Shown piece by piece: positions 26,477 through 40,268 of a stretch of 64,000 nt of DNA. Within the stretch, counting starts at the first letter, position 1, and every line of letters starts with the position of its first letter. This stretch comes from Euprymna scolopes (Eukaryota), in NCBI GenBank assembly GCA_053919585.1, contig CM132805.1. One strand, 5' to 3'. The notes under the pieces were generated by a model. That model was not told where the DNA came from and ran no database searches. It was given only the letters and a program-made list of their open reading frames with translations. A program made the translations under genes and the position numbers.

Positions 26477-29400
26477 GAAGTGCACGCCTGTGGAACTCTC
26501 TTCCGTTTTCCTGTTTCCCACCTGACTACAACTTGGATGTCTTCAAGTCCAACAAAAACAAATTCCTGATGAATCACCCCTTAAGTAAGACACTTTATCA
26601 AATCTCCAATACTAATAATGATTACTGTACACACAATAACCCTTAACCCCGAGTGGCTTCTGGGCCTTGATAAGTTGTGAACTCCATGTAAAAAAAAAAA
26701 AAGTCATAAAAATCAATTAATGGCCAGAATTTCATGAATTTTGATACTTATTCACAATTGGATGAATTTATATATAAAATAGAATTTTTGTGAAAAAATA
26801 CAGGTTTTGCAAACAAAGTATATTATAACAAGATGTGTCTCTCGGACAGCATCTGTTAATCAGATGGAGGGTGAGGTATGGTCGAAAGTTGTGTTGATAT
26901 TTTGTTAAAAATCGCACATGGCTAAAAGGAATGAGAGATTTCCTTTTTGCAAAGAAATTTAGATAAAAGACAATAATCTTGTCATCAAAAACTCTATTGA
27001 AACATAAACCAGGGGAAAATACCTATTTTATCTCATATTTAGATGTTTGAATGGTGGATCATCCAGGGTGGGATGACAACGAGTGCTAATTATGAATGTA
27101 GCCATCAAAAGTTTATTTTGAATGACCATAAACAGATTAGCTGACAGTCCTAGAAACAATAAGAATTCAAGTGCCCATTAATTGTGTTCAGGATTTTGGA
27201 TATCCTCAAAAGATTTTTTTTTTCTCATACAAAATGACATTTGAGAAAAACCCTTGGTTATGCAAATGAAGCAAAAGGAAGAGCGAATCTCACATGAGTG
27301 AAGGTGAAAGGTAGAGACCTATTGGAGGTTGAAGATAATGGCACCCTACTGGCAGTCAGAAATACAGATTTGAGAGAAAGGAAGAAAAAGGAAAAAAAAG
27401 AATTAAAGAAAGATATGGTTTAAGAGAAAGACAGAAGAGAAAGGATAATATCCAAAAAATAGAGGAGTAAATGCTAATCTCAAAGAGATGGTAGTCAGAA
27501 TTAGGATCCATAAAAAAAAAGCATTGTGTTTGAAAATGAGAAAGAACTTTTGCTGATCATCGAAGAGGAAGCAATTCGGCTTTAGGCTCCTGCCCAGGGC
27601 CGAATAACCTCTTCCAAAGAGGTAAGTTGAAAAGCTCTTCCTCCTCTGACTGAACAAACCTAAGTTGAAAACATTCAGCATCATGAAACTATTAAGAGCC
27701 CGAAGAATTAACTTTTCTATGCACAAAGTGTACCTTGAAATATTATGAATAATTAGTCTCGTTTTTTTTTTTTTAATAGAAGGATTTCTGAGTTATTATT
27801 GAATTGTTTGATTTGAAAACCCAGTTATTCATAGCACTGACACCACAACCAGCCATTCACCAAAGCATCTACAAAAAGAACTCAAACAACAGTATCTGAT
27901 GATGAATGGCCAACCAACATGCAAAAGGTATTGCCACATGGCTATGCGTGTTTTATGCACTGAGCATTGGAAGGAATAATATGAAAAATGATTACTATTT
28001 TCATTATTTAAAAAAAAAAAATCACAATATGTCTGTGTAGTGATATGACTAAGAACGTAAGTAATTAATAGAGAAAAACGGACAGTGAAATTGTTAATCT
28101 GTGAAGATGCTTTAGTCCCAAAAAGAAAAAATAAATAAAGTATTGCAGTTGATAAAATGTGAGCAAAACGTAAGTCAAGTACAAGGAGTCAAAGTCAAAG
28201 CTATACTTGAAACTGGCTAGCAGCCAGTATAAAAAACAACTTCAGTATTTACTTACAGGCGTTAAAAAAATAAGTAAATCTGTTACATATTAAGGCTCTG
28301 CAGATGAGAATGGTCATGTTTAGTTGTCTTTTAGCCTTACAGGCTACATTTTGAGTATTTCCATGAAACTGCAGGTATCGATGGACGATTGAACTAATGT
28401 ACAATGTGATTGAAATATAAAATATTTCGTAAGCAAAAAGGAATCCTACAATAACAAGAGAAGAATGTTTACATACGAGAAGAGTTTTTACAACATACGA
28501 AGGATTTCGGAATGTTACAAATAATTTCAAGTTAAGATGTAGCATAATGTAATTTCATTAGAAAAAAATATGACATCACAACATTTTACATTCATCTTGT
28601 GCTATTTGCTGCTAACCACTCAATTGTCCTCTCACATACGGTCTTTTTATGTTTTTTTAAGGCAGATAATTCATTGATATGTAAATCAATGAATATCAAA
28701 CTACACACCTTTATGATCCTTACTGATCGTCTCACATAAATGCATACTCAGATCGACTCACATCCCCAGGGCTTCTAGGCTCAACTAGCCTTGAAACACT
28801 GCTAAACACAGCTAACTCACACTACACGGTTAGACACAACTAACCTATACAACACAATGACGCCAATTCTAAAGAAAGGAAAAAAAACTAAAGTTCGGCT
28901 GGAATTGTAACTTAATCCTCTCCATAACTTAATGATGCACGTCTCAAAAGTGAACTTGAAATTTTAATCTATCCATGTCACAACGATGACACTTTTCATA
29001 AAGACCAACCGGAATCTTTTGTTAATTTATCCATTTCACAACGAAAATGTTTTCATAAAGTCTGACCCGAATCATTCTTTAGTCTCTCCATTTCATGACA
29101 AATTTTCACAAAATCCAACTCTCATATGAGTCATATCAACTTTATATTTCTGCCGAAATAGGGAGGAAAAAAAATTAATAATATACATTTTACATTTACC
29201 TTGTTATATTTGCTTCCAACCATCCTCTCGCCTACAACCTTTTTACGCCTTTTCAGGGCAGATAATTCATCGATATGCAAATCAATGAATATCAAATTAT
29301 TGACCGAATTTAGCTTGAACAAAACAAGGTAATATTAACCTTTTTAGGAAAGTGTAACAATGGCTTGTTTTTATAACTAGAGTTTTCTAGATTGGGAGAG

Positions 29401-29909
29401 AAATCAATTTATTGGAGATCTGATTTGATAATCATTGTTAAAGAACTGTCTCTAAAATGTTTGTTTGTCTCATTACATCCAATTGAATAGTAATCCATTA
29501 CAAAACGGCTATGGTGTAATTATGTTTTGCGACTTGTTTAATTGAATGTGTAAACACACACCCTTTCAAAGAACATTATACGTTATTTGTATTGCGATTG
29601 CAACTTGTTTGTATATATACCCATTATGTAAAACTTACTGTTGCACATTATTGATATGAACACTGATTATATACACACAAAGACGACGACGGTATATTTG
29701 CCCATTCATTATAAAAACTGTATACACGAGACAACTTTTGTGAATTCCGGGGGGGGGGCAAAAATTGTTGTGGAACACTGGAATATTTTAAATTTATACT
29801 TTCATATGAATTTTTGAATCTTTGTTCGTCATTGTGGGTATCCTCTTTGAGAATTTGAATCTCTCGTCTTGGTCTATTTCTACAGTTCATAAGAATCCGT
29901 CTTAAGAAA

Positions 29910-30531
29910 TTCTACAACTGCTTGAAGATGATATAATTGAACCAAGTCATTCTTCATGGTACGCTCAAATTGTTGAGACTTTGGCACCTAATAAAAAGAA
30001 ACGATTAACCATGTCATTTTGCTTGATGCATTCCCCTTGCTACAATTTGAAAGTCTTGTAAACCAAATAGCCCAATATCGTATCTTCAGTATAATGGACT
30101 TATCTAAAGCATACTACCAGATTGAAATTTACCCCGATGATCTCCTCTATACTACTTTTCAAACAGGAAATCATCTGTATGAATTGAAACAAATACTCAT
30201 GGGTATCATAAACAGGTTTTCTACATTTCAACGTTTCATTAATTCTTTTATTCTCTATAACAAATTATCTGTAATCTTTTTGTGTTTAGATGATATAACT
30301 ATTAGCAGTAAAATGCAGGACGAGCATATCAATTTGGAGTGTTTCTTAAAGGCTGCTTCATTATATAACCTCGAAAGAAACCAGGAAAAATAAAAGTTTT
30401 CACTTTGTTCTATTAACATGCTTGGTTATAAAATTTGTGATGGAACTCTTCAACCTGATCTTAAGCGCTTAAAACTTCTTTTGCAAATGCCTTCTCCTTC
30501 CGATTCTAAATCGCTAAAAAGGTTTCTTGGT
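29910..30531 (+). pseudogene. Ty3/Gypsy reverse transcriptase fragment
   Basis: LLEDDIIEPSHSSW, DAFPL, FSIMDLSKAYYQI, LDDITI, MLGYKI, LKRFLG across broken frames. Confidence 0.85.
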
Positions 30532-31752
30532 AAAGAAATATATGAACGATCAATTCTCATCTGAAAAATTCAAAGACATTACACTTCATTAATGTTTTTC
30601 ACATTCACGTCCACCTTAAATAGTCTCCACTTCCTGTATAATCATTCACTATTAATCAAGTTTATTCCTAACTGTAATGCAACATCTTCAGTGTCTTCGC
30701 TTAGTCGTTATCTGTTTTTGCTAAAATGGTGAAACTAAGCCAGATTGTTAATCATTTTTGTTTTTTTTTTAACTTTTTGTTCCCCCCTCCTTGAATATTG
30801 GTAAGGCCAATTTTTTTAAGTTGAATATAGGTAAAATAAATGAACATATTCCAAGTCAAAAACAATTTTTCTTCAGTACTAAATGTATTAAGCCATTTAA
30901 ACAAACACACCTTTTGTCTTTAACTATGCTCACATGCCAAATTTTACTGTTTTCTATGGACGTGCATTAGCCCTCTTTATGCAAAGAGTAACTATTATTT
31001 ATAGAGATTTCTGCTCAGGAACTAATCGTCTATCCAAGTTATTATCTACTATCATTTGATTGAAATAACAAATTAATAAACTCAGAGTTCTAGGATCCAC
31101 TACAACTCTAAGTAATCAATTTTGTATTTTGTGTTTGTGTTGAAACCCGCAATATTTAAGAGTCAATGAATCTATTAATCCATGTTGACATATTTAGGGC
31201 CGCAAGTGCAAGGTGAAGCCAAATTTAGGATCTTGACCCAGATCATCTAAATCATCACAACTGAATCAGGGTTAGATTTTGAGTTGATGAAGGATCTCAC
31301 AGTAATGAAGTAAATTTCACTGTAATAAAGAAACATTATCATTCAGTTGCATAATGTATGCCCGGATTCTGATGTAAATAGACTGGTGTACCACTGAATG
31401 ATTGGCCTACTAGCCAATGAAAGGCCCCGATATTGGAATACAAAAATTGTCAGATTGCTTTTTACAGCATCCACACATTTGCAGTTTCCTACTTGATAGT
31501 TGGAGCTAAGATATTTTCTAGACAAAACACATTTCATTAGTCTCTCCAAATCGCTAATGATATTCAAATCTACAAAGATTGACTCTTAGCCGTTTTTAAT
31601 TCCTTTTCAGCACAGTTATTTCTATGTAAACTTTGAAGTTGTCTGCTATCATCTATTAATTCATCTACGAAGATAAACTTGTGTTGTTGCAAAGAAAAAA
31701 AGAGTACACAAAACCTCAGCTCATTGCAGTAGCGTCGTTCATCAGTACTTTC

Positions 31753-32290
31753 TGTAGACTCGTTTTCACATCTGTCCCATCTGCTCCAGTGGCCTGTTTT
31801 TATAAATAACAGAGTCCACCAAATTTACATACGTGCGCGAGAGCACACAAGATTCTGCGAGACTGTATTGTTATATAAGGCCACAGGTGCCATCCGTTTT
31901 GGCATCCTGACACTGCGTCGGCAAAGCGCACACTAAGACCATTTAAGAGGTAAGCCTGCTGTTATATTGGTTTTGTAGGTTAACTTTGTTGTTACTGTGA
32001 CATTTTCATACTTCGCTAGCGAGCCTTTTCATATTTGTTTATGTTTTGGAGACTGGCGGGAAACAAGCTCAGCATCGGTGCAGACATATGGGTGTCTCGC
32101 TTTCATTACTTACTTTACCTTACTATTTATTTATTCTTGTATATGTACATTGTTCATATGTCACTGTCTTTACAATATGTCTCAGGAGCGTTATGTTCTT
32201 TTGTATTGCAGGCTGTACCTTGCGTTTAACTTGAGTAAAGCTTGGTCTGCACAACCAAGTTTCCTTGCCCTACAACACCTGCGTTCCACA
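31753..32290 (-). mobile_element. 3' LTR of a minus-strand Gypsy element
   Basis: On the minus strand TGTGGA...TCTACA termini, preceded by polypurine tract gggaagagtggggcgaaaat (32291-32310); TATA-like at about 31871. Left boundary is less certain. Confidence 0.6.
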
Positions 32291-32496
32291 ATTTTCGCCC
32301 CACTCTTCCCTGATATCATTATCACAGAGAGGACAGGGATGTGGTGACCTTTTTCTTCAGGTGCTTCTTCGGAGATGGGAACCGGGGGGCTTAGTCCTTG
32401 CCTGTGCTTTCGTCCTTGGTTTCAGGGTCGGTGAACCTAAGGCTGCTAATCTCGGGGTTGTTGTCTGACAAAGGCGACATAACCCAGAATGATGGT

Positions 32497-33470
32497 TCAC
32501 TGATCTCGGATCTCATCGCCGAGTGGCGGCTGCGCTTGTGATGTCAATCGAAGATCCTTGATGTGACGGGACACCCCGTCAACCCGCACCGATTGCAGGC
32601 TGATCACCTCAGTAACACGCCCAGTTCCATAGCATGTGCTGCACTTGCCATGGGGGTTCTTAACCCAGACGACATCCCGCTCTTTGATACTCTCTCTCAT
32701 CGTTGTCCGGCTCGGGCAGTGGGCTGGTCTCCATGCCTCTCACCCTGACGTGGTACTTGTGCAATGCTTTGGCTGGCACGGTAGAGGATGAAATGTCGTC
32801 CTTAGGGATGACGTTATACCAATAAACTGCCTCAGGTACCATACCCCCCCCCTTCCTAGCTGTGATAGTTTTGATGGTCATGTGGTTTCTCTCAATAATT
32901 CCGTTCCCGCTAGGCACATGGTTGCACCGAAATTGCAGACGTATACCCTAGCCGTCTGCAAGCTGTTTGAACTGCTCACTAACAAAGGTGGTGCCAATTT
33001 CGGTCAGTATCTTAGATGGGGGACCACGCTCTAGGAAGACACTTTCTAGCTCACGGAAAACACTGCAAATCTAGACGGTCCGCAATCGATAAGCGTAAAA
33101 AAATTCTTGCCACATCCATTACGAGCCTCTTAATTTCCTCTCACACTCAGTTTTCCCTTCTTTTACCGGACAGGTGCCGGGTCGATCGACCGGCAGGTTT
33201 TGCAGCTCCTCATAACAGATTTCACATCTCTCTTTGACACATAGGAGTCGACCAGCTTGGCGAAGTAAAGGGTTTGGTTTACACTGCTTTGGCAATGGGC
33301 ATCAGCAACACGGCCTGAGCTAAGCCGACGCCCCACCATGGCGCAATTCACAGGTGCCGGTTCGTCCACTTCTTTTGGCAGGTTCAGCCAACGGCATGGC
33401 ACTCTGGTCAGGTGATCCGCGCGATTCTGACAGGACTGCACCCGCGTCACATCTACGGCCAGGTTGAATT
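32497..33470 (-). pseudogene. Gypsy pol remnant (RNase H end, integrase zinc finger, core and C-terminus)
   Basis: NRADHLTR; CKTC zinc-finger half; GNGIIERNHMTIK; VYWYNVIP; VWVKNP. Confidence 0.88.
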
Positions 33471-35770
33471 GCGAGCAAGGAAATTATTAAAAATATTGCA
33501 GATAAAAATATGCGAAACCCGTAATTAAAAAAAAAAAAAAAAAAGTAGAAATATTTTTTGCAATTATAATTTTTTGTGTGAAAATATTAAATAAGCAATG
33601 CTTAATTCAATGGCAATATCGGTAGTTCGAGATATTTATTTTTCTTCGAGTTATATAGAATTCATTAATACGGATTTAGGTTTTTTTTTTCGTAATGTTC
33701 CTATAAAAATTATTTTATTTTTATTGTTACAAATTACGAAGCTTTATTTGTATAAAATAAGCAAAAATAAAGTCTTGCATTTTTTATTTACATCTGAAAA
33801 CTATAACTTTAACAAAGGTATTTTTTTTTTTTTTTTTTTTTTAAATAAAATAATACATTTCCACTCGGGTTTAAATAAAAATAATTAGTTCATTATATTC
33901 CACGATCATCATTTGATAAATACTGAAAATTTCATTAAAATTGGTTAATTTCCTGATTTTTTGGTGATTTTTTAAGTAAAGGGAGGGGTCAAAATGTTTA
34001 TAGATTTTGAGCATCGGCATTCATTTTGCACGTACCTATTGTTTAATGATAATATGTGGGAGGGAAAAAACAAATGGTTGTCAGCATTGAATTAGTTACA
34101 TCATTAAAAAAATAAATTAGTTTTATTTCATGACCAAAACTATATCGAAAAAGCAACAATCGATCATATCCAATATGTGTGCGAAAACCAAGAAAAATCG
34201 TTTTTGTTTGTATTTTTTTATTCCGGTGTCTCGAATTAAAAGGTTGAGATTGAAACGATTTTGCCAAAGCAAATATGAGTTTTAACGAAAGAAAACAGCT
34301 AAACAGGGCCGAATCATAATGGAAGTATTTACAATTTCGTATATGTTCGATTTAAAAATGTTATTTATATAAAATGTCACTCCGCAAATATCTTCAAATT
34401 TTGAAAACTCGAAAATATTTGCAATTTGAAATTATTCAATTCAAAAAGAAAGGCGTGTCGGGTCACGTGACGATTTGCAAACAGGTATTTCTTTTCTAGC
34501 AATGACACACACGCAAGAGTAAAAGTTATAATTTGCTTTTTATTTCAAACTTTATTTTTTTTTAAACTTTTTCTAATTTAAAACTTTGGCGAAACTTCGT
34601 ATGAAATTTTGTCAGCGACTTTTTCTTCTTCAAAAATATTTGTTTCGGTTTTAGTATCGATTAGGCAAGACAGTAAAAAAGTGGTTAAATTCAAGATTAG
34701 TTCCCCAATATTTACGAATGTTTTACTCAGAGCTGTAAAATGAAACGAGTTGTTTGTTTTTACTTTTCCTTTTTTTTTTTTAATTATATTTTTTAATAAG
34801 TAAACGAACAAATAAAAAATTGGGTTATCAATTTTTCTGTTCGTTTGCTTATTTTGAAAATACAATTTGAAAAAAATAAATGAAAAAATAATCGTTCCTG
34901 CAGATGACAGACAGCTCTGGGCAAAATCTTTGTAAACATTGGGGGACTAATCTTGAAATTATCAAGTTTTGTTATGTTTTTCGATGATCGTGAACTTTAA
35001 TGCCTACATTAAATGATATATTTTTTTAGAGAAAAAAGGCAAATTTGTTGATTAGCACAATCATCCATGTAGAAAAAAAAAACTTAGGCGATTACGTGTG
35101 AAACAACTGAAACATCCTGGGAAAATTTGGCAGAATAAGTGTTTTGAATTTGAACTAAACTTTTGTCGAACGAAACCTAACACGTAAGTTAGAGTTAGGT
35201 AAATGTTAAAAATAACAAAAACAGTTCGATGATCAATTTTTTATGATTACCGAAAAAAAAAATATTTAGAATTTAGAGTGATTTTTCAAACATAGGTGTG
35301 AAGGTAGGTGTGTCCTCCTCCTTCAAAAACGTCACTACATAGGAAAGTGTCGATAATGTAAACACGATTTTTGTCTCGCATCATTTTTGTATGCTGTGAA
35401 AATTTTTTGGTACTTCACGGGGAACGTAGACTCTGCGTTAAGGTTTTTTTTAATGGCTGCTTCCTAGGGTTTTTTATAATTTAATGGCTGCTTCCTGGGG
35501 TTTTCTTTCACTTTCTTTGTATATATCTCATATACTTTTTTTTTTAATCGAGCATGTATTTATTTTATTTTTTGAATTTTTTAAATTTCTTTAATTAAAT
35601 TTGGGTATTTTTTTAGTTTACCGACCCCTCGGCATTCACCTTTACTTTATCGACTTATTTCGGCTTTCGGGTACGCTGAGAACGAATATCGCATTCATTT
35701 TTTGGGCAAACACGCAGTTATCCATATTTGAAGACATTCAGTATCCAACGTAATCACTATTGTTTTTGCT

Positions 35771-36012
35771 GGCGGCCATCTTGTTTCCATTTAGGAAAAA
35801 ACGCTAAAAAGAGCTAAACAGAGCCAAAAGGGCCAAAATGTGACCCAAAAAACATTTTTCGGCTTCAAGGCAGAAATGTCCCCTTCCCTCATCCTTCCGA
35901 ATATTTTTCCGCTTTCCGATATCGAAACGGACAATTTTTCACTTTCTTACTAAACTGCGCGCACGCGCGTAGTCACTTGACGTTTCACAAGGTGCATGAA
36001 TACATGGCGGAC
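35771..36012. promoter_or_regulatory. Candidate bidirectional promoter in a CpG-rich region
   Basis: Divergent YY1-like motifs GGCGGCCATCTT (35771) and ACATGGCGGAC (36002) flank tgcgcgcacgcgcg (35956) and gtcacttgacg; splice-donor-like sites on both sides (36083 plus, about 35638 minus). Confidence 0.45.
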
Positions 36013-36752
36013 ATTTTAAATGACAAATATTTTTCATAAAATAAAGTTTTCACTTCATTTAAGAGTAAAAATATTGCTGTCAGTAAGTTTTCACGAGCGG
36101 TTTACACAAGCATATTTTATGTTTTTTGTTCTTCTTTTGGGGGGAGGGGGATTCAAATAGAGAATTTGTGTAGTTTCACAGGTGCTTCTGCTGTTTAATT
36201 AACCGTTTTTCCATAAGTAACGCGCCGACATTTACCGAGTAGAATACTGTTTAGCATTTCACAGAACGCGAATTCATTTTTTGAAATCGTATTTCCAAGT
36301 TTAATTAAAGTTTTATGATATGTTTTTTTTTATTATTCAATTGTAAGGTTAAAGTATAGAATAGGTACAAAACACTCTCCCCTCCCCATGTTAAGAATGG
36401 CTTTTTAAATAACGTTATTATTTACGTCCGGATCACTCTCTGCACTAGTACCTTAAATTCTTAGGTGAAAGTACAGAATAGTTACAATACACCTGTCAGC
36501 CCGGTAACCTAAGTGAAGTCACTGAAGTACCAATAAAGTGATTTTTAATATCGTATTCAGCTAAATCCATAACAAGCGATACTTTGAATGAATGGTTTAT
36601 TTTATTGGCTCTACACCGTAATCACGTGATTAAAATTTTAGCAGACGAAAAATTGGGAGACAAAAGAGTAAAGAGTTCCCGCGCTTGTTTTTATTTTTTT
36701 TTTTTTTTTTTACTTTTTGAAGGTACTATTTGAGGCAGAAAAAAAAAACATT

Positions 36753-36795
<43 letters not shown>

Positions 36796-38988
36796 TAAAT
36801 GTAACAAAAAAATAAAAATATTTAGTGGGGAAATATAATAAAATGAAAATAAAATAAAAACAAGCACGAAATAAAAGTATGAATCAAATTTGATTAAAGA
36901 AATTCAAAAAATAGAATAAATACAGCCTCGATTTAAAAAAAAAAAAAATTAAATTAAAACCAGTTTACGCAGGGTCCATGTTCCCCGTAAAGTGCCAATA
37001 TTTTATTATTATTTTTATTTATTTTATTTATTTATTTATTTATTTTTTTTTTGTACTAGTGCAGAGAGCGATCCGGACGTAAATAACGTTATTATTTAAA
37101 AAGCCATTCTTAACATGGGAGGGTGTTTTGTACATATTCTACACTTCAACGTTACAATTGAATAAAAAAAATATCATAAAACTTTAATTTGGAAATACGA
37201 TTTTAAAAAAATAGCGCGGCACGCGGCACTCTGCTGCAGTGCTGCAGTCTGCACTAGTACCTTTTTTTTAATATTCGCAGTTTATTTGGAGCTTTTTCTT
37301 TTAAATGATAAAAAAATTAGGGTGATAATATTAAATTAAATTAAATTACATCGTGTTACAACTGTGACGCGCGTTGGAGGTACCTACACATCAGTTTCAT
37401 ATGTTTAAAATTATCCTCTAATTCTCGGCCATTCTAACATTTCAGAGCTAACGAAATTCAAGTGATCTGATCGTGTAACCACAGGTAATCGCCTAAAAAA
37501 AAAAAGTAGAATCCTCGTCTCACGCACAAAAAAAGCATAGAATTTATCTCCCATAATAAATAAACTATTTATTATTATTATTATTATTATTATTAACTGC
37601 TGTAAAACACTAGTATGACTTGGAAATGGGGAATCATTTTACGTTAAATTTATCTTTAAAACTGATCCCTCATTCTAAATTCTAACTTTCGCTATGTTTT
37701 TCAGTATGTTCACACGTAATCGTCTAAAAATGTAGAATATTATTTGGGGAAGGAGGTGATCTATTTGTTATTATTTATCTACAAAAATACCAAATCTTTT
37801 ATATTTAAAATATCTCTAACAAACATTTCAAAAGTTAGCTTCATCAGAAATTTGAAGGGTGGGGGTGATTTATTTGATAAAAATAAAGGAAACAAATTGA
37901 AGCGACCAATTAAGTTACAAATGTATTCAATCGCGATCTGACTAAAAATGCCAATTGATCACACGGAACGTCAAAGGAAAATCAAAATGATATGTGAAAT
38001 TGTGAACATTAACAAAGTTCGGTACTTTTATAAAATTTGAACCAAACTGCTTCTTTTTTTTTCTTTCTTCTTCTTTTGCCTTAAACTAACCCTAACTTAA
38101 GTTTTAGGTTTAGTTCGATAAAAGTCGGTTTTGTTAAAATTCTGTAAAAGCGCCAAAATTCAATTCAACATTCGACGAATTGGTGCTTCTTCTTGTGCAC
38201 TTTTGCCACAGCTATTTTTTTTTTTTTTTTTTTTTTTTTTTAGGTTAAATTCAAACTTCACGATATCTTTTTTATTATCAAATTGTTAGGTGGGAGCACA
38301 GAATAGTTACAAAGCACCCTCCCTATGTTAAGAATGGTTTTCAAAATAATAACGTTATTATTTCAGCACGGTGGCAAAAGTGCACAAGCACAAGTACCGA
38401 TAAATTTAAATCAAGAAGCAACTAATAATTAAACAATAATATAAAAAAGAAAGGTAAGCAGCAGCGTCGAAAACAAAAGTGTCAATATTGATTATCAAAA
38501 AATATTGAAACTTTTTAACGAGTTACTTTAGCAAAATCAAGTCCATGTTATGAATATTTTATGTAAGATTAATAATTCTTGATAAAAGTCGAGTTTTCAA
38601 TTTAATTCACTTAAAACGAAATGTTATTTCTGTGTCGTAACGTCATCTGGGAAACCAAAAAAAAAAAAGGTAGCAACATGTGCGCGCGTTTCATTTCTCA
38701 CGCATTATTACGTGCAGTAATCGACAATGGACGTACGATTATTCAACAGGTGTTTGTGGGAGAGACAGAAGAAAATGACACTTACCCGAATTTTTTAATA
38801 TCTCAACGAGGTGTCCTTCTTTTTGGGTGCGTACGTTTGCGGTGTGTTTATACACAGGTTAACTCCAGCCTGACGTGATGGCCGAACGACTAATGTTTAT
38901 TTTAGTGGCACAGGGCCATATTTTTTTTTCATTCTCGAAGATGACACTATCCTTCTAATTCTGGGATAACACGAAATAGAAGTAATAG

Positions 38989-38991
<3 letters not shown>

Positions 38992-39030
<39 letters not shown>
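38992..39030. repeat. (CT)n microsatellite
   Basis: Direct reading. Confidence 0.95.
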
Positions 39031-39034
<4 letters not shown>

Positions 39035-39917
39035 GAGGGAACGTGTAACTCTTCTTCCTAAGTCACTCCTACTAATCGTGGCCAGAGAAAGAAAGAAAAA
39101 AGAAAACATATTGGAAAGTAATGATAATAATCAGTTGACAATAGTGGAAAGGTGGGTGTGTGTGACTGAAATGAGGTCTCATAACATGTTCAAATTGTTA
39201 ACTATATTGAAAGGTTAATGTATACATTTATTTAATCAACGTGGATACTGGATCACAAGTTGTTTTTTTTCTTTGTTTTGTTTTTTAACCCCAAAAGTAC
39301 CTCATTCTTGGCGTTGTGGATTGTTTTTAATGGGCGATTTTTTTTTGGGGGGGGGGTACTCTTTTGGTAAGCACTGCCACTGCGATGTCTGTCAGGAATT
39401 TTTTCTCGAATAAGCTAATGTGCATAACTTGAGCCATTTTTTTTTTTACATAATAATTAAATTGTTTTCATCATCATCCCGAGTTTGATTTATTAATTTT
39501 ACAAATGTTAAAAGACATAATGATTTATATTAATTTGTAGGGTTTTTTTTTTTTTTTTTTTTTTTGTTATTTTGCTGTTGTTTTGTTTTTGTTTTTTATA
39601 TACTGGTTATTTCTAAATGATCCGGATGATGCAGAGGAGCGAGAGGCGTGTGAAGGTGCAAAGATCATACAACTAAACACAAGGCAAAAAGGTAACGGCA
39701 ATAGCAAAGAAGAATGACAAACACAAATATTCGGTTTAAGATGATAGGATATCGTGTTTTATTATTTGCCCAGAAACGGTAAAATGTACGATAATAGATT
39801 AAGGATCAGCTGGAGCGAGAACGAACGGGCGTCTCGCGAGGTTGAGATTCTTGGTCCTTGAGATAGGAACTGGGAGCTGCTGGAGTCGCTGGAAGCTGTA
39901 GAAACTGGCGTGACAGG

Positions 39918-40268
39918 TGCTGTGGACAAGGCTATAAAATACCCTAACTCGCTACAAGAAAAAATAATGAAACGAATTGAATAAAGGAAACAAAGAACTC
40001 AAATGCTGGAATAAAATAAACTTGTCGTTTATTTTCTGTTGAGAAATGAAAATCTTCGGTGTCACGTGTTCATTCAGCTGTTGACGACTACGCGCGTGGA
40101 AAGAAAAGGGAATGCAATAGAGAAACGCAAAGATTTTCATTTCTCAACAGAAAATAAACGACATGTTTATTTTATTCCAGCATTTGAGTTCTTTGTTTCC
40201 TTCATTCAATTCGTTTCATTATTTTTTCTTGTAGCAAGTTAGGGTATTTTATATCCTGGTCCGCAGCA
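39918..40268. repeat. Long near-perfect inverted repeat (139-bp arms, 73-bp spacer)
   Basis: 39918-40056 is the reverse complement of 40130-40268 with few mismatches. Confidence 0.93.

Larger units (their letters stand above)
22808..26702 (+). mobile_element. 5'-truncated CR1-group LINE (same family as 44389-47951) split by two nested insertions
   Basis: 22808-23191, 24768-25399 and 26486-26702 align collinearly with 46704-47951; poly(A) at about 26689-26702; imperfect TSD aaagtcataaa. Confidence 0.92.

Noticed and set aside
31493-31569. Possible minus-strand host exon (also 28257-28369)
   Set aside because: Splice-like borders and an open frame exist, but there is no recognisable protein similarity; insufficient support.
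39536-39956. Solo LTR TGTAG...CTACA
   Set aside because: No TSD, and the right end lies inside the larger inverted repeat.
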